A DNA stretch of 63,452 bases, filler included, from Octopus bimaculoides (GCF_001194135.2; 5 parts of 5 records of this genome joined end to end with filler, not necessarily neighbours in it); one strand, 5' to 3'; positions 46,291 to 58,496 are shown, counted from the first letter of the whole stretch. Notes: generated by a model from the letters alone, not told the origin. Translations and numbers: made by a program.

Positions 46291-47289
46291 TTGTGATAAT
46301 AGTGATGACGTCGATGACGACGACGATGGCAAAGTTTGAGAGGGAAAGAAACCGAAGGACACTAAGAACAGATTTTATAAATCGAGCAGCAGTCAAAGTT
46401 ACAACCAGCACACATCAGTACCATCACCATCACCATCACCATCACCACGAACAACCCCTACCAACATGACTAGCATCAGTCTTCACCCCACTCTGGCAAG
46501 AAGAAGAAGAAGAAGAAGAAGAAGAAGAAGAAGAAGAAGAAGAAGAAGAAGAACAAGAACAACAACAACAACAACAACAGCTGCATCTTCAGCAATCTGC
46601 AAGTGTAAGGTCAATGACAGAAGCTATCAAGACACGATGAGATAATGATGATANNNNNNNNNNNNNNNNNNNNNNNNNNNNNNNNNNNNNNNNNNNNNNN
46701 NNNNNNNNNNNNNNNNNNNNNNNNNNNNNNNNNNNNNNNNNNNNNNNNNNNNNNNNNNNNNNNNNNNNNNNNNNNNNNNNNNNNNNNNNNNNNNNNNNNN
46801 NNNNNNNNNNNNNNNNNNNNNNNNNNNNNNNNNNNNNNNNNNNNNNNNNNNNNNNNNNNNNNNNNNNNNNNNNNNNNNNNNNNNNNNNNNNNNNNNNNNN
46901 NNNNNNNNNNNNNNNNNNNNNNNNNNNNNNNNNNNNNNNNNNNNNNNNNNNNNNNNNNNNNNNNNNNNNNNNNNNNNNNNNNNNNNNNNNNNNNNNNNNN
47001 NNNNNNNNNNNNNNNNNNNNNNNNNNNNNNNNNNNNNNNNNNNNNNNNNNNNNNNNNNNNNNNNNNNNNNNNNNNNNNNNNNNNNNNNNNNNNNNNNNNN
47101 NNNNNNNNNNNNNNNNNNNNNNNNNNNNNNNNNNNNNNNNNNNNNNNNNNNNNNNNNNNNNNNNNNNNNNNNNNNNNNNNNNNNNNNNNNNNNNNNNNNN
47201 NNNNNNNNNNNNNNNNNNNNNNNNNNNNNNNNNNNNNNNNNNNNNNNNNNNNNNNNNNNNNNNNNNNNNNNNNNNNNNNNNNNNNNNNN

Positions 47290-47741
47290 GGTTGTGGTGG
47301 TGGTGGTGGTGGTGGTGACGGCGGCGGCGGTGGCGGTTGCGATAGTGGTGGTGGTAGTGGTGATGGCGGTAGCGACGGTGGCAGTAGTGGTAGTGGTGGT
47401 TGTTGTTGTGATGGTGGTGGTGGCCGTGGTAGTTGTAGTTGTGATGGCTGTTGTGATGGTGGTGGTAGTGCTGAGGGTGATGGTACTGGTTGCAGTGGTG
47501 GTCTTAGTCGCGATTGTAGTGTCGTTGTTGTTGTTGTTGTTGTTGGCGATGGTAGTGGAAATAGTAGAAGTAGAAGTAGAAGTGGTAGTGGTGGTAGTGG
47601 TGGTGATTGCGGTATTGTTATTGTTCTTCTTGGTAGTGACAGTAGTCGCAGTAACGACGGTGGTGGTGGTGGTGGTATTGGCGGTGGTGGTGGTGGTATT
47701 GGCGGTGGTGGTGGTGGTATTGGCGGTGGTGGTGGTGGTAT
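47290..47741. repeat. (GGT)n/(GTA)n/(GTT)n complex ending in an 18-bp unit x3, between two gaps
   Basis: Direct reading; unit ggtggtggtggtattggc at ~47680-47741. Confidence 0.9.
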
Positions 47742-48527
47742 NNNNNNNNNNNNNNNNNNNNNNNNNNNNNNNNNNNNNNNNNNNNNNNNNNNNNNNNNNN
47801 NNNNNNNNNNNNNNNNNNNNNNNNNNNNNNNNNNNNNNNNNNNNNNNNNNNNNNNNNNNNNNNNNNNNNNNNNNNNNNNNNNNNNNNNNNNNNNNNNNNN
47901 NNNNNNNNNNNNNNNNNNNNNNNNNNNNNNNNNNNNNNNNNNNNNNNNNNNNNNNNNNNNNNNNNNNNNNNNNNNNNNNNNNNNNNNNNNNNNNNNNNNN
48001 NNNNNNNNNNNNNNNNNNNNNNNNNNNNNNNNNNNNNNNNNNNNNNNNNNNNNNNNNNNNNNNNNNNNNNNNNNNNNNNNNNNNNNNNNNNNNNNNNNNN
48101 NNNNNNNNNNNNNNNNNNNNNNNNNNNNNNNNNNNNNNNNNNNNNNNNNNNNNNNNNNNNNNNNNNNNNNNNNNNNNNNNNNNNNNNNNNNNNNNNNNNN
48201 NNNNNNNNNNNNNNNNNNNNNNNNNNNNNNNNNNNNNNNNNNNNNNNNNNNNNNNNNNNNNNNNNNNATATAAATACGCATACATGTATACACACACACA
48301 CGCACATATATATATATATAGAGAGAGAGAGAGAAAGAGAGGGAGAGAGAGAGAGAAAGAAAGAAATAGAATAAGATAGATAGACATACATATGCATGTA
48401 TATGTTTGTGTGTGAATATAAATTCTGATGACGTAACACTACTGCACCGAATGACCCTAGAGAACCCGTTTTGTTTGACAGGTGTACATCAAGTGCCGTG
48501 ATAGCTAAGAACAGCAGCAGCAGCAAC

Positions 48528-48587
<60 letters not shown>

Positions 48588-49004
48588 TGTAGTAGTGATT
48601 GTTGCTGTTCCTGTTGTTGCTTTAGAAGTAGTTGAAGATTTCATTAAGGTGATATGAATATCTGTCCTCTTCATTGAGAGTTTCGCTATATCACAGGTGT
48701 TATGACTGAAAGGCAGGATCCACTACGACCGTATGGATGGGTGGGTGGGTATGAACTAACTGTTCAACACGATGCCATGATGTTGTGGCATGCATACATG
48801 CGTAAACGCATACGAACACAAAAAAAAAACAACATATATACATACGTACATAAATGCATACAGATCAGCCAACGTACTAACTCAAGCACATGTTTACAAA
48901 AACCAGGAACTCTCCTTACTCAAAATATCTTGTAGGTTTGTTTGCGACCTGCTTGAGCTCTCTCATGAAAAACTTAAATAAAACTCGAGGAAAAATCATA
49001 CATA

Positions 49005-49320
49005 TGGTAAGTAGCTTGCTTACCAACCACATGGTTCTGGGTTCAGTCCCACTGCGTGGCACCTTGGGCGAGTGTCTTCTACTATAGCCTCGGGCCGACC
49101 AAAGCCTTGTGAGTGGATTTGGTAGACGGAAACTGAAAGAAGCCCGTCGTATATATGAATATGTATACGTCCCCGTAACTTAGCGGTTCAGCAAAAGAGA
49201 CCGATAGAATAAGTACTAGGCTTACAAAGAATAAGTCCTGTGATCGATTTGCTCGACTAAAGGCGGTGCTCCAGCATGGCCGCAGTCAAATGACTGAAAC
49301 AAGTAAAAGAGTAAAAGAGT
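49005..49320 (+). mobile_element. tRNA-derived SINE family B, reference copy
   Basis: Head ggtaagtagcttgcttaccaaccacatggttctgggttcagtccc (B-box-like gggttcagtcc), then gcaccttgggcgagtgtc, a central AT run, and the tail gactgaaacaagtaaaagagtaaaagag. Confidence 0.85.
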
Positions 49321-49706
49321 ATATAAATATATACTGTTCTATATTNNNNNNNNNNNNNNNNNNNNNNNNNNNNNNNNNNNNNNNNNNNNNNNNNNNNNNN
49401 NNNNNNNNNNNNNNNNNNNNNNNNNNNNNNNNNNNNNNNNNNNNNNNNNNNNNNNNNNNNNNNNNNNNNNNNNNNNNNNNNNNNNNNNNNNNNNNNNNNN
49501 NNNNNNNNNNNNNNNNNNNNNNNNNNNNNNNNNNNNNNNNNNNNNNNNNNNNNNNNNNNNNNNNNNNNNNNNNNNNNNNNNNNNNNNNNNNNNNNNNNNN
49601 NNNNNNNNNNNNNNNNNNNNNNNNNNNNNNNNNNNNNNNNNNNNNNNNNNNNNNNNNNNNNNNNNNNNNNNNNNNNNNNNNNNNNNNNNNNNNNNNNNNN
49701 NNNNNN

Positions 49707-49825
49707 GCTACATGCCTGTAATGGTTAAGACCGCGGGCTACCAACCCCAAGATTCCGAGTTCAATTCCAGGCAGTGCATTGAATAAATAAATAAATAAAT
49801 AAATAATAACAATAATAATGACAAT

Positions 49826-49887
<62 letters not shown>

Positions 49888-50055
49888 TAATAACATCATC
49901 AAAAAAATACATTAAGAATGAGAATCCAGGGCTGGTTTCAAAATTTTACCAGGACACCTGATAACGGCTGGAGAGTAAATCAACCGAAACGTTGTGGTAA
50001 CAACAAAGATGAAGACAGTTATCCGTCCACTGTAAACAATGTAAATAATGTATAA
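49707..50055 (+). mobile_element. tRNA-derived SINE family C: tRNA-like head, (TAA)n, hammerhead-like body, aatgta tail
   Basis: Head taatggttaagaccgcgggctaccaaccccaagattccgagttcaattccaggcagtg has A- and B-box-like motifs. (TAA)n lies at 49790-49890 and the body at 49890-50055. Confidence 0.7.
49953..49998 (+). ncRNA. Degenerate minimal type I hammerhead ribozyme-like motif
   Basis: GACAC-CTGATAA-C-GGCTG-gagagtaaat-CAACC-GAAA-CG-TT-GTGGT. The core is CUGAUAA (G8>A). Stem II pairs 4 of 5, stem III is the palindrome AACGTT, and stem I is CAC/GTG. Confidence 0.45.
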
Positions 50056-50072
50056 ATATATATGTTATATTA

Positions 50073-50790
50073 TTAGGTTGTCAAGAAAGTTCTTGCGGAA
50101 TTTTTAATTTTCATTTTGAATGATGTATTTTCAAATTAATTTTCGTTAAATTACTTTGACTTTATATATCATTTTAAAGCCCTCTTTCGGTCTATCTAAT
50201 CGTGTTACACTTTTTCTTTTTGAATAATTAGGCCATTTTTTTCTGGAACGTTGAATACAACATGGACAAAAAAAGCAAATTCGCATAATTCTCTTATTCC
50301 AGTTCAAGCTAGGCCGAAAAGCTGCTGAAACATCTCGCGATATCAACGATGCGTTTGGCCCAGGAACCACTCATGAACGTACAGCACAATGGTCGTTCAA
50401 GACATTTGGTAGCGGTGACGAGAGTCTTGAAGAGGATAAGCATAGTGGTCGGCCATGGGATGTTGACAACGATCAAGTAAGAGCTTTAGTGTAAACCAAT
50501 CCACGCACAACTGTTCGAGAGCTTGCTTCTGAATTAGACGTAACGTATACGACAATTTCCAACCACTTTAAAGAGATTGGAAAAACAAAAATACTTGAGA
50601 AATGGGTGCCGCACGAATTGAACGACAAAAAAAAAATAAAAAAACAAAATAAAAACGCCGTTTTGAAGTGTCGTCTTTCCTTCTATTACGCAACAAGAAC
50701 GACCCGTTTGTCGACCGGATTGTGACTTGCAATGGAAAGTGGATTCTTTACAACCGGCGACGCTCAGCTCAGTGGTTGGACGCCGACGAA
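50073..50790 (+). mobile_element. Mariner (Hsmar1/SETMAR-like) 5' remnant with transposase pseudogene from 50262
   Basis: ta|ttaggttgtc end. MDKK.QIRIILLFQFKLGRKAAETSRDINDAFG...ERTAQW...GDESLEED..SGRP...NPRTTVRELA...WVPHEL...FVDRIVTC.GKWILYNRRRSAQWLD includes the WVPHEL motif; truncated by a SINE. Confidence 0.92.
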
Positions 50791-50799
50791 GTATTCTTC

Positions 50800-50920
50800 G
50801 ATGTTGTTGTTGTTATTATTATTATTATTATTGCTCTGGTCACTGCTTGGAACCGAACTCGGAATCTTGGGGTTAGTAGCCCGCGCTCTTAACCACTACG
50901 CCATATGCCCGTAGGCATAT
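50800..50920 (-). mobile_element. tRNA-derived SINE family C head plus short (TAA)n, inverted relative to 49707
   Basis: The reverse complement reads gggcatatggcgtagtggttaagagcgcgggctactaaccccaagattccgagttcggttccaagcagtgacc. Confidence 0.8.
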
Positions 50921-51066
50921 AAAATTGCTATATCCAATAATGTTACTCCGTTATATCTATATAACTATTTAAGCAATGAATTCGTGGATGGTTAATGGGT
51001 TTGTTGTGGTGCTGAAGAAGAAGCAATAACTCCTGAAATATGCATATATACCCGTTACCTATTTTC

Positions 51067-51143
51067 CCATCTTCGACCGCATTGTCCATTTTCGACCATT
51101 TCCATCTTCGACCATTTCCATCTTCGACCATTTCCATCTTCCA
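51067..51143. repeat. 16-bp tandem repeat (ttcgaccatttccatc) x3 plus a degenerate unit
   Basis: Exact units at 51091, 51107 and 51123. Confidence 0.9.
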
Positions 51144-51370
51144 TATTTTGAATGGAAAATAACTTCAATGAATCAGAAACTTATCTTTTGATATATTAGT
51201 TAGTCTTTGTCATGGGTGCCCATCTATATCTATATGACTCGATCTAACGATATGTTTATATCTATATAGATATAGATATATCTATCTGTATATATTTGAT
51301 GATATACATGTATCTATCTAACCAATATACTAACATACATACATAATATTTATATATTTAATATTTTATA

Positions 51371-51581
51371 CGAGAGGGAGTTGAAAAGTTCCTGGATTTG
51401 GGTAAAAGGAAAATACAGGAGGATCCGTTGATTATGATTTTATTCAGCATATCCACCTCTCAGACTTACGCACTTATTGCAGCAGTTCTTCAGTCTTTTT
51501 CTAAAAGAATTCGGAAGGTTGGACTTCCAGCCAAGCTTTTCGCGACACCCTAAAAGCCAGGAACTTTTTAGCACTCATTCC
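51371..51581. mobile_element. Mariner-type MITE with TA TSD
   Basis: ta|cgagagggagttgaaaagttcctgg ... ccaggaactttttagcactcattcc|ta. Confidence 0.7.
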
Positions 51582-51689
51582 TATATCAACAGAAGCCTGA
51601 AGAACAAGAGGGCGATAGTTTACATGTCCATTTTGATATCGTGTCGGATTTTTTTTGCATGATATGAAAACTCCTACGTGTTGAAAATT

Positions 51690-52400
51690 GTAAAAATTTG
51701 GAGAACGGAATGGAGTGGGTATTAATATCAGAATGAGGTGACACCTGTGTGAGAAGAAATTAGGTCAATTGTTTTGATTCATGTTATTCATTAATATCCG
51801 TTGGCACCTTTCAATTCAAACCGGTTGTTAATTGCTGGCATGTGATTTGGGGGTTTAGTCAAGTTCTTTTATCTTAGTTTCTTTATCTGGTATGATATTG
51901 TTGTCCTTATTTAGTCATCCTCTCTTCAAAGTGGCTTTGGCACATTCTTCTAAGTCGAATCTCGAATAAATTTCTTTGGTAAATCCGTGTACTGTTGTAG
52001 CAGTGCTTCCAGTTTTTATTATTATTATTATTTACAACATACAACTTGGGATCATCTACAATATAATAGATGCTTGCTTGTTTCACCTTAGCTGCATCTA
52101 CATCCAGTCCTGTTTAATACATTGGTTAAAGAGATCAATGTCAAGCAGAAAAGAAGTGGAGGGAGAGGTGCTCCTTGGAATATTCCTCTTCGTATGAAGA
52201 TGGGTTTTATGTTACATAACTCCTCTTTTGTCTGTAACTGCAGACGTGTTTGCCGTTTGCTCAAGACGTGTTTTATACGTTCTATCTTTGCCTGTACCAA
52301 CTTAGTCATAGCTAGTGTTTCCAGGATCCACGTGTGAGAAAAACTGTCAACAGTCTCTGGGTAGTTAACCCATGCCATGCCCCTAGTTTTGTGTTTCTTT
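51690..52400 (-). mobile_element. R4/Dong-type LINE RT core fragment
   Basis: MAWVNYPETVDSFSHTWILE...IRRGIFQGAPLPPLLFCLTLISLTNVLN, then HLLYIVDDPKLY...FDLEECAKATLKRG (consensus MAWIDYxKAFDS / RGIFQGDSLSPLLF / HLLYMDDLKLY). Confidence 0.85.
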
Positions 52401-52489
52401 CAGCTGTCGATAAAATAAGTACCAGCCGATGTAATCGACTAGACCCCTCCGCCAATAGTAAAAAGGATTATTGTTATTATTAACCGTAG

Positions 52490-52632
52490 TCTGCGCCCAA
52501 ATTCCGCCGAGGTCGACTTTGCCTTTCATCCTTTCGGGGTCGATAAATGAAGTACCAGTGAAACACTGGGGTCGACGTGATCGACCAGTCCCCTCCCCAC
52601 AAATTGCAGGCCTTGTTCCTTTAATAAAAAGG
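52490..52632 (+). mobile_element. SINE family A, 3' part
   Basis: aaattccgccgaggtcgactttgcctttcatcctttcggggtcgataaatgaagtaccagtgaaacactggggtcgac. Confidence 0.8.
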
Positions 52633-52734
52633 ATTGTTATTAATCGTCGTCCTTGTTGTTATTTGTATATATTTTATAGGTGGTGACGAAGGTAGCAGTG
52701 GTGGTGATGGTGGTGCCACCGCTGCTGCTGATAC

Positions 52735-52770
<36 letters not shown>

Positions 52771-53585
52771 CGTTGTCGTCGTCATCGTCGTCATCATCGT
52801 TGTAACCGTAATTAGTACTAACTAGTAACAACAGTTGTAACACTAACATCAAGCACCAAATGCTCATTTTCTCTCTCTACTTTCCAGTATAGTTCAACAT
52901 AAGGTCACAGCCAATGTATTTTCAGTACTTTATTTCAGATTATCCTATTTTTCAACGGACCCTTCCTTTATTTCACTTTATTTTACGTTTCCTCTCTTTC
53001 TTTCTTCGTTCGTTCGTTCGTTCGTTCCTTCCCTCCTTTCTTTCTTTGTTTCTTTCTTTACGCATTTATTTATTTCTGTGTTTGTTTTTTATCTTTATTC
53101 TAAGAATTTTATTCGTCTTTTGCTGTTCGCTTTTTCATTTTTTTCCTTTTTTTGAAAAATTATTTTCTTCCTTTCCTTATTTCTTTATTTTATTTTAAAT
53201 TTAATTAATCCACGGGATGATTCAAATTCCTGCAAGTGCACAATGCTTTCTCTGTGACGGGTGGTATCAGGGTGAGTTTCGCGAGAGGAAGGGTGAAAGA
53301 GAGACAGGCCGATAGATATAGAGATAAGAAGAGTGACCGGAGAAAATAAAAATTAAAACAAAACAAAAAAAAGTAGGAGGCGAAGAAGTGATACAGTTAC
53401 TACATATTTAATGAATAAAGTGAGATAAAAATTATGAAATAGGGAGATGGATAGATAAATAGATACTGTGAGAGAGAGAGGGGGAGACAGGGAGGAGGTG
53501 TGTGAGTATGATAAAGAAAGAATTGTCTGAAGAAGTGAAGGGAAACAAGTAACATGAAGAAGATTAGATAATATAAATAAATAAA

Positions 53586-53747
53586 GGCGCAGGCGTGGTT
53601 GTGTGGTAGGAAGTATGCTTCCTAACCACATGGTTCCGGGTTCAGTCCCACTGAGTGCAACCTTGGGAAAGCAGTTTCTATTATAGCCTTGGGTCGGCCG
53701 AAGTTTTGTGAGTGGATTTGGTAAACGGAAACTGAAAGAAACTCGTC

Positions 53748-53803
<56 letters not shown>

Positions 53804-54090
53804 TTGTGTATGTGTATATACATACATACAAACTTACATACATAGATACATACATGTGTACATAAATATGTACACATATATGTATGTATTATCTGTGTGT
53901 GTGCGTATTTCTGTGTGTGTGGGTATGTGGGTGGGTGGGTGTGTCTTTGTGTCTGTGTTTGTCCCCCACCACTGCTTGACAACCGGTGTTAGGTTGCCTA
54001 CGTCCCCGTATCTTATCGGTTCGGAAAAAGACCAATAGACTAAAAGGTTCTGAAGGCGGTGCCCCAGCATGGCCGAAGTCTAATGACTGA
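53586..54090 (+). mobile_element. SINE family B, full-length copy with internal (TA)/(GT) microsatellite
   Basis: ggcgcaggcgtggttgtgtggtaggaagtatgcttcctaaccacatggttccgggttcagtccc...gcaaccttgggaaag... through to ccccagcatggccgaagtctaatgactgaag. Confidence 0.85.
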
Positions 54091-54668
54091 AGTTTTGTGA
54101 GATTCGAAATCCAGGCCTCCCAGAAACGAGAATATCACATAAACAACATGCAACCACAAACATCGTAGGTATAAGCAGATACTAAGGGAACCTATGTCCA
54201 AAGACACTCCACCACTGACCGTCCTGTATATCTCGAAATATATCATTACTTGTGTCCTTCTCTTAAAACAAAGTCTCAAAGCTGGCCGCCAACATTTTTT
54301 TCTGAAAAATAGGGGTAGCTTATCCTGTTCAGGCTATATTATAAGCATTATCCTGCGTTTGAGAATTTAAAATCACTTCTTTAACTTTCTAAGACATCTC
54401 AACGCTTCTAATTTAAATTTAAAGTTATATGATTTTGAAAACATTTATATGCTATTTCTAACACACACACACATATATAATTAATAATAATAACAATATC
54501 ATATATACATACATACTGGTTGATGCCACAGATGCTTACGTTGAAATATGAAGATTTAGTTTCATTTTTCCATGTAATAAAGAACATGTATCACTTGTTT
54601 CATTAAACTTGTAAAAGGAATATGGATTTTATTAACAATTTTTAATACCCATCTACCCTTCACCCAGT

Positions 54669-54781
54669 GGAGGCCCAATGGTCCAGTGGTTAGGGCAGCG
54701 GACTCGCGGTCAAAGGATCGCGGTTTCGATTCCCAGACCGAGTGTTGTGAGTGTTTATTGAGCGAAAACACATAAAGCTCC
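54669..54781 (+). mobile_element. tRNA-derived SINE head (family D), cut by a gap
   Basis: ggaggcccaatggtccagtggttagggcagcggactcgcggtcaaaggatcgcggtttcgattcccagaccg has A/B-box-like motifs. The anticodon stem does not pair cleanly, and non-tRNA sequence follows. Confidence 0.7.
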
Positions 54782-55411
54782 NNNNNNNNNNNNNNNNNNN
54801 NNNNNNNNNNNNNNNNNNNNNNNNNNNNNNNNNNNNNNNNNNNNNNNNNNNNNNNNNNNNNNNNNNNNNNNNNNNNNNNNNNNNNNNNNNNNNNNNNNNN
54901 NNNNNNNNNNNNNNNNNNNNNNNNNNNNNNNNNNNNNNNNNNNNNNNNNNNNNNNNNNNNNNNNNNNNNNNNNNNNNNNNNNNNNNNNNNNNNNNNNNNN
55001 NNNNNNNNNNNNNNNNNNNNNNNNNNNNNNNNNNNNNNNNNNNNNNNNNNNNNNNNNNNNNNNNNNNNNNNNNNNNNNNNNNNNNNNNNNNNNNNNNNNN
55101 NNNNNNNNNNNNNNNNNNNNNNNNNNNNNNNNNNNNNNNNNNNNNNNNNNNNNNNNNNNNNNNNNNNNNNNNNNNNNNNNNNNNNNNNNNNNNNNNNNNN
55201 NNNNNNNNNNNNNNNNNNNNNNNNNNNNNNNNNNNNNNNNNNNNNNNNNNNNNNNNNNNNNNNNNNNNNNNNNNNNNNNNNNNNNNNNNNNNNNNNNNNN
55301 NNNNNNNNNNNNNNNNNNNNNNNNNNNNNNNNNNNNNNNNNNNNNNNNNNNNNNNNNNNNNNNNNNNNNNNNNNNNNNNNNNNNNNNNNNNNNNNNNNNN
55401 NNNNTATATAT

Positions 55412-55442
<31 letters not shown>

Positions 55443-55505
55443 CATATATGTATATATATATATATTTACACACACACACACATACACACACACATACACA
55501 CACAC

Positions 55506-55555
<50 letters not shown>

Positions 55556-56376
55556 TCATTTGAACACATTCATATATNNNNNNNNNNACACATATATATA
55601 TATATATTCATTTGAACACATTCATATATGCTTACACACAACATGCTTTCATATATGTACACATGCATTTATATAAACGTACATACATATTACGCATATA
55701 TATACATACTTACATGCAGACTCATATGCTTACATACATACACACATGCGCACACACATAGATATGCATATGTGTATATATGTCTGCGCGTGTATATGTG
55801 TGTGTGCATGTGTGTGCGTGAGTGTATGTGTGCATGTATGTGTGTGTATATGTGTATGAAGTTTAAAAAATAAATTCCATCCCGGTTATATTGCACCTTG
55901 TCACCGGGCTTCTTTTTAAATTGCTGCTCACTTCCCGACAGGCGATGTTCAGCTGTCAACACACATATAGGATAGACTTTCAGAGTTGAACTCCAAAACC
56001 AGGGACCAAACTGGAATGTTGAATAAACCGTAAAGATAAATAGTTTTCAGTGCAGAGTGAACGAGTGCACCACTCTACGGCTGTTTATTACAAACATGAT
56101 GGTTGAACAACGTAAGAGAAACAGTGACAAATGAAATTGGAAAGAAAATCTTTCTTTGTTTCACCCTCTTTTTCTTTCTCTCACTAGCTTTCTGTCTGTC
56201 TGTCTGTCTGTGTGTCTCTCACTCTCTCTCAATTTCTCACCCTCTGCCTCTCTCATCCAGTCTCTCTCCCTCTCTCTTCCGTTCTCTTTCTCTCTCTTTC
56301 TCTCATTCCCCCTCTGTAAGCACTATGCGCGAGTGTAACACGTTTACGTACATGAGTGCTAAATACATACAAATAT

Positions 56377-56476
56377 NNNNNNNNNNNNNNNNNNNNNNNN
56401 NNNNNNNNNNNNNNNNNNNNTTAATTAATTAANNNNNNNNNNNNNNNNNNNNNNNNNNNNNNNNNNNNNNNNNNNN
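56377..56476. other. Artificial scaffold-joining linker
   Basis: N44-TTAATTAATTAA-N44. Confidence 0.9.
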
Positions 56477-56789
56477 GTAGAGTCTTGCAATTTCTTTGGG
56501 TAAGAGTTCAGGGTTATCGAATAGGGAATGTTTGTCAAGTAGTTGCCTTCCCAATCTCATGATGGTATTTACCTCATGTCTGCAGACTTCATCAAGGGGT
56601 GCACTTCGACACTTGGTGGTTATGAGATGATGTCAGAGAGATATGACACGGCATTCAAAGGCAGTCTGAATTGATGTTAGGCCCCTCCCTCCTTTATTTC
56701 GTTTTAGGTATAGGCGGTCTACATCGCTATTGATGTGAAAGTTGTTCGTGCTCGTTAGTATTTTTCGGGTCTTCACATCAAGGGATCGG

Positions 56790-57030
56790 ATTTCGTGTGT
56801 GTGTCTTTGTGCCCTTGTTTATCCCTGACCTCTACTAAACAACCAGTGTTGGTCTGTTTACATCCCTGTAACTTAGCAGTTTCACAAACGAAACTGACAG
56901 AATAAGTACCAGGCTTAAAAAAAAGTAAAGTATTGGTATTAATTCATTTGACTAAAAGAAATTCTTCAAGGTGGTGCCCCAGCATGGCCACAGTCTAATG
57001 ACTGAAACAAGTAGAAAATAAAATATAAAA
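56790..57030 (+). mobile_element. SINE family B, 3' half
   Basis: aacaaccagtgttggtctgtttacatccctgtaacttagcag...ggtggtgccccagcatggccacagtctaatgactgaaacaag. Confidence 0.75.
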
Positions 57031-58065
57031 GGTAAAGGATATTATCTTAACTTATCTGAGGTTGCAAAAGCTCTCCAAGCCAAGCTAGACAAGGCCAGGT
57101 GAAGCCAAGCCAAGCCAGGCCAGGCCAGACCTTGCACAATTTATATATAAGTAACAAAGCCAATAATCTATAAATTTTGTGACTGTCAAAATACAAATAA
57201 TTCATTAAAAGCTGACGTGTATAAGCAATGTCAAATCTAGTGATAAATTAACTGGATGATTATTGGTGAGGGTTTTCATTATTTATTATTTTGAGTATTC
57301 TAAGCTTCATATTCACCCATTCTTGGTGAATCCTTATAGCAAAGCTATACAAATAAACTAGCTAGCTGTGCATTTAGACATTTATTGTGCTTTATTTTAT
57401 ATGGGATCTGACAAAAATGCTCGTCTGAGTCATTTCAAGAGAAGCATAAAAATATAAATAAAAAAATCTGACATCAAGAATAATATATTTGGCAAATAAA
57501 GAAAATAATTTTAAAAAATTCAAAATTCAAATAAAAATATAGGGTAAGTTACATTTTTTATTTCAAGCTGTTTTCATTTATTTATTTATGCATTTGTTTG
57601 TTTGATCCTTTTTAGTTTATCTTACCTCCAAATATCACATACATGTTCTAATGTAATGGCAATGACCAAGAGAAACATCATATTTGTCTACAACTACTAC
57701 TACTACTGCTGCTGTTGCTGCTGCTCACTTGCAGCAACAACTTCTGATTCTCACCTTGACTACAATAATTATTATCTATCCTCATCATTACTATTGCAAT
57801 AATTATCCAGCCTCACCGCTACCACTGCTACCTCTTTTTTTTACCTCTTTTAGCTAAATTTTTAAGAGATAAAGCTTTTATTTTGTGAATTGAATCTTTG
57901 CAAGAATAATTCTACAAGGAAAAAGTGTAAAGTTGACCAAAGTCCTAACTGAACTGAAAACAGTAAAGCTCTGAATTGAGCACCGTATATCAGCCACTGA
58001 TTTTGAACCACAACTACTATCTCAATCACTATGCTCTTAATAATGGTTTCTTTTATTAGGTTTAA

Positions 58066-58286
58066 CCCTTTAGCATTTAGATTAATCTGTCAGGTATAAT
58101 GTTTATTTATTCACATAGTTTTCAATTAATCACACATTATCTTGTAGCTTCAAGATTTCAGTGGTGTGTTTGTATATTTTTAGAGTGATGTTGTAGGGTA
58201 TGTGTGAGAGGTTGGATCTGGTAAGTTTTAACATAAATCAGGTAGAATATCTGGGGCCTGATATAGCCAGATTAAATGCTAAAGGG
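58066..58286. mobile_element. piggyBac-type MITE, 221 bp, perfect TTAA TSD
   Basis: TTAA|CCCTTTAGCATTTA ... TAAATGCTAAAGGG|TTAA (14-bp perfect TIR). Confidence 0.9.
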
Positions 58287-58496
58287 TTAAAACTACCTAG
58301 TATTTTGAGGGCACTTCATAAATTTGGATAAGAAGATAGCAGGCTAACTGGCTGTCACCATCCAGCAAACAGATTTATAACTTAGCACTTCAATAAGGCT
58401 TATTTTCTTTATTCCAGAGGGACGAAATGTATAAAACAGCAGTCCCCAACCTCTCAGCCACTTTTTGCAACATGGATTGGTTTCATGGTGCAATTG

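Noticed and set aside
45517-46411. Poly-Ser, poly-Arg and poly-Phe ORFs
   Set aside because: These are translations of the (GAA)n tract, with no non-repetitive domain or splice support.
54669-54745. Possible tRNA gene (likewise 49707-49785 and 50838-50915)
   Set aside because: The anticodon and acceptor stems do not pair properly, there is no oligo-T terminator, and SINE body or microsatellite follows. These are SINE heads.
4567-55569. Long ORF-track entries containing X runs (for example 17834-18631, 26723-27898, 46611-48387, 54562-55569)
   Set aside because: They are open only because N gaps and microsatellites contain no stops.
55538-55627. 40-bp direct repeat either side of a 10-N gap
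   Set aside because: This is a typical unmerged contig overlap, an assembly artefact.
56729-56781. Hairpin ttgatgtgaa...ttcacatcaa as a possible pre-miRNA
   Set aside because: There are only ~11 paired bases, the upper stem pairs poorly, and it matches no miRNA seed I recognise.
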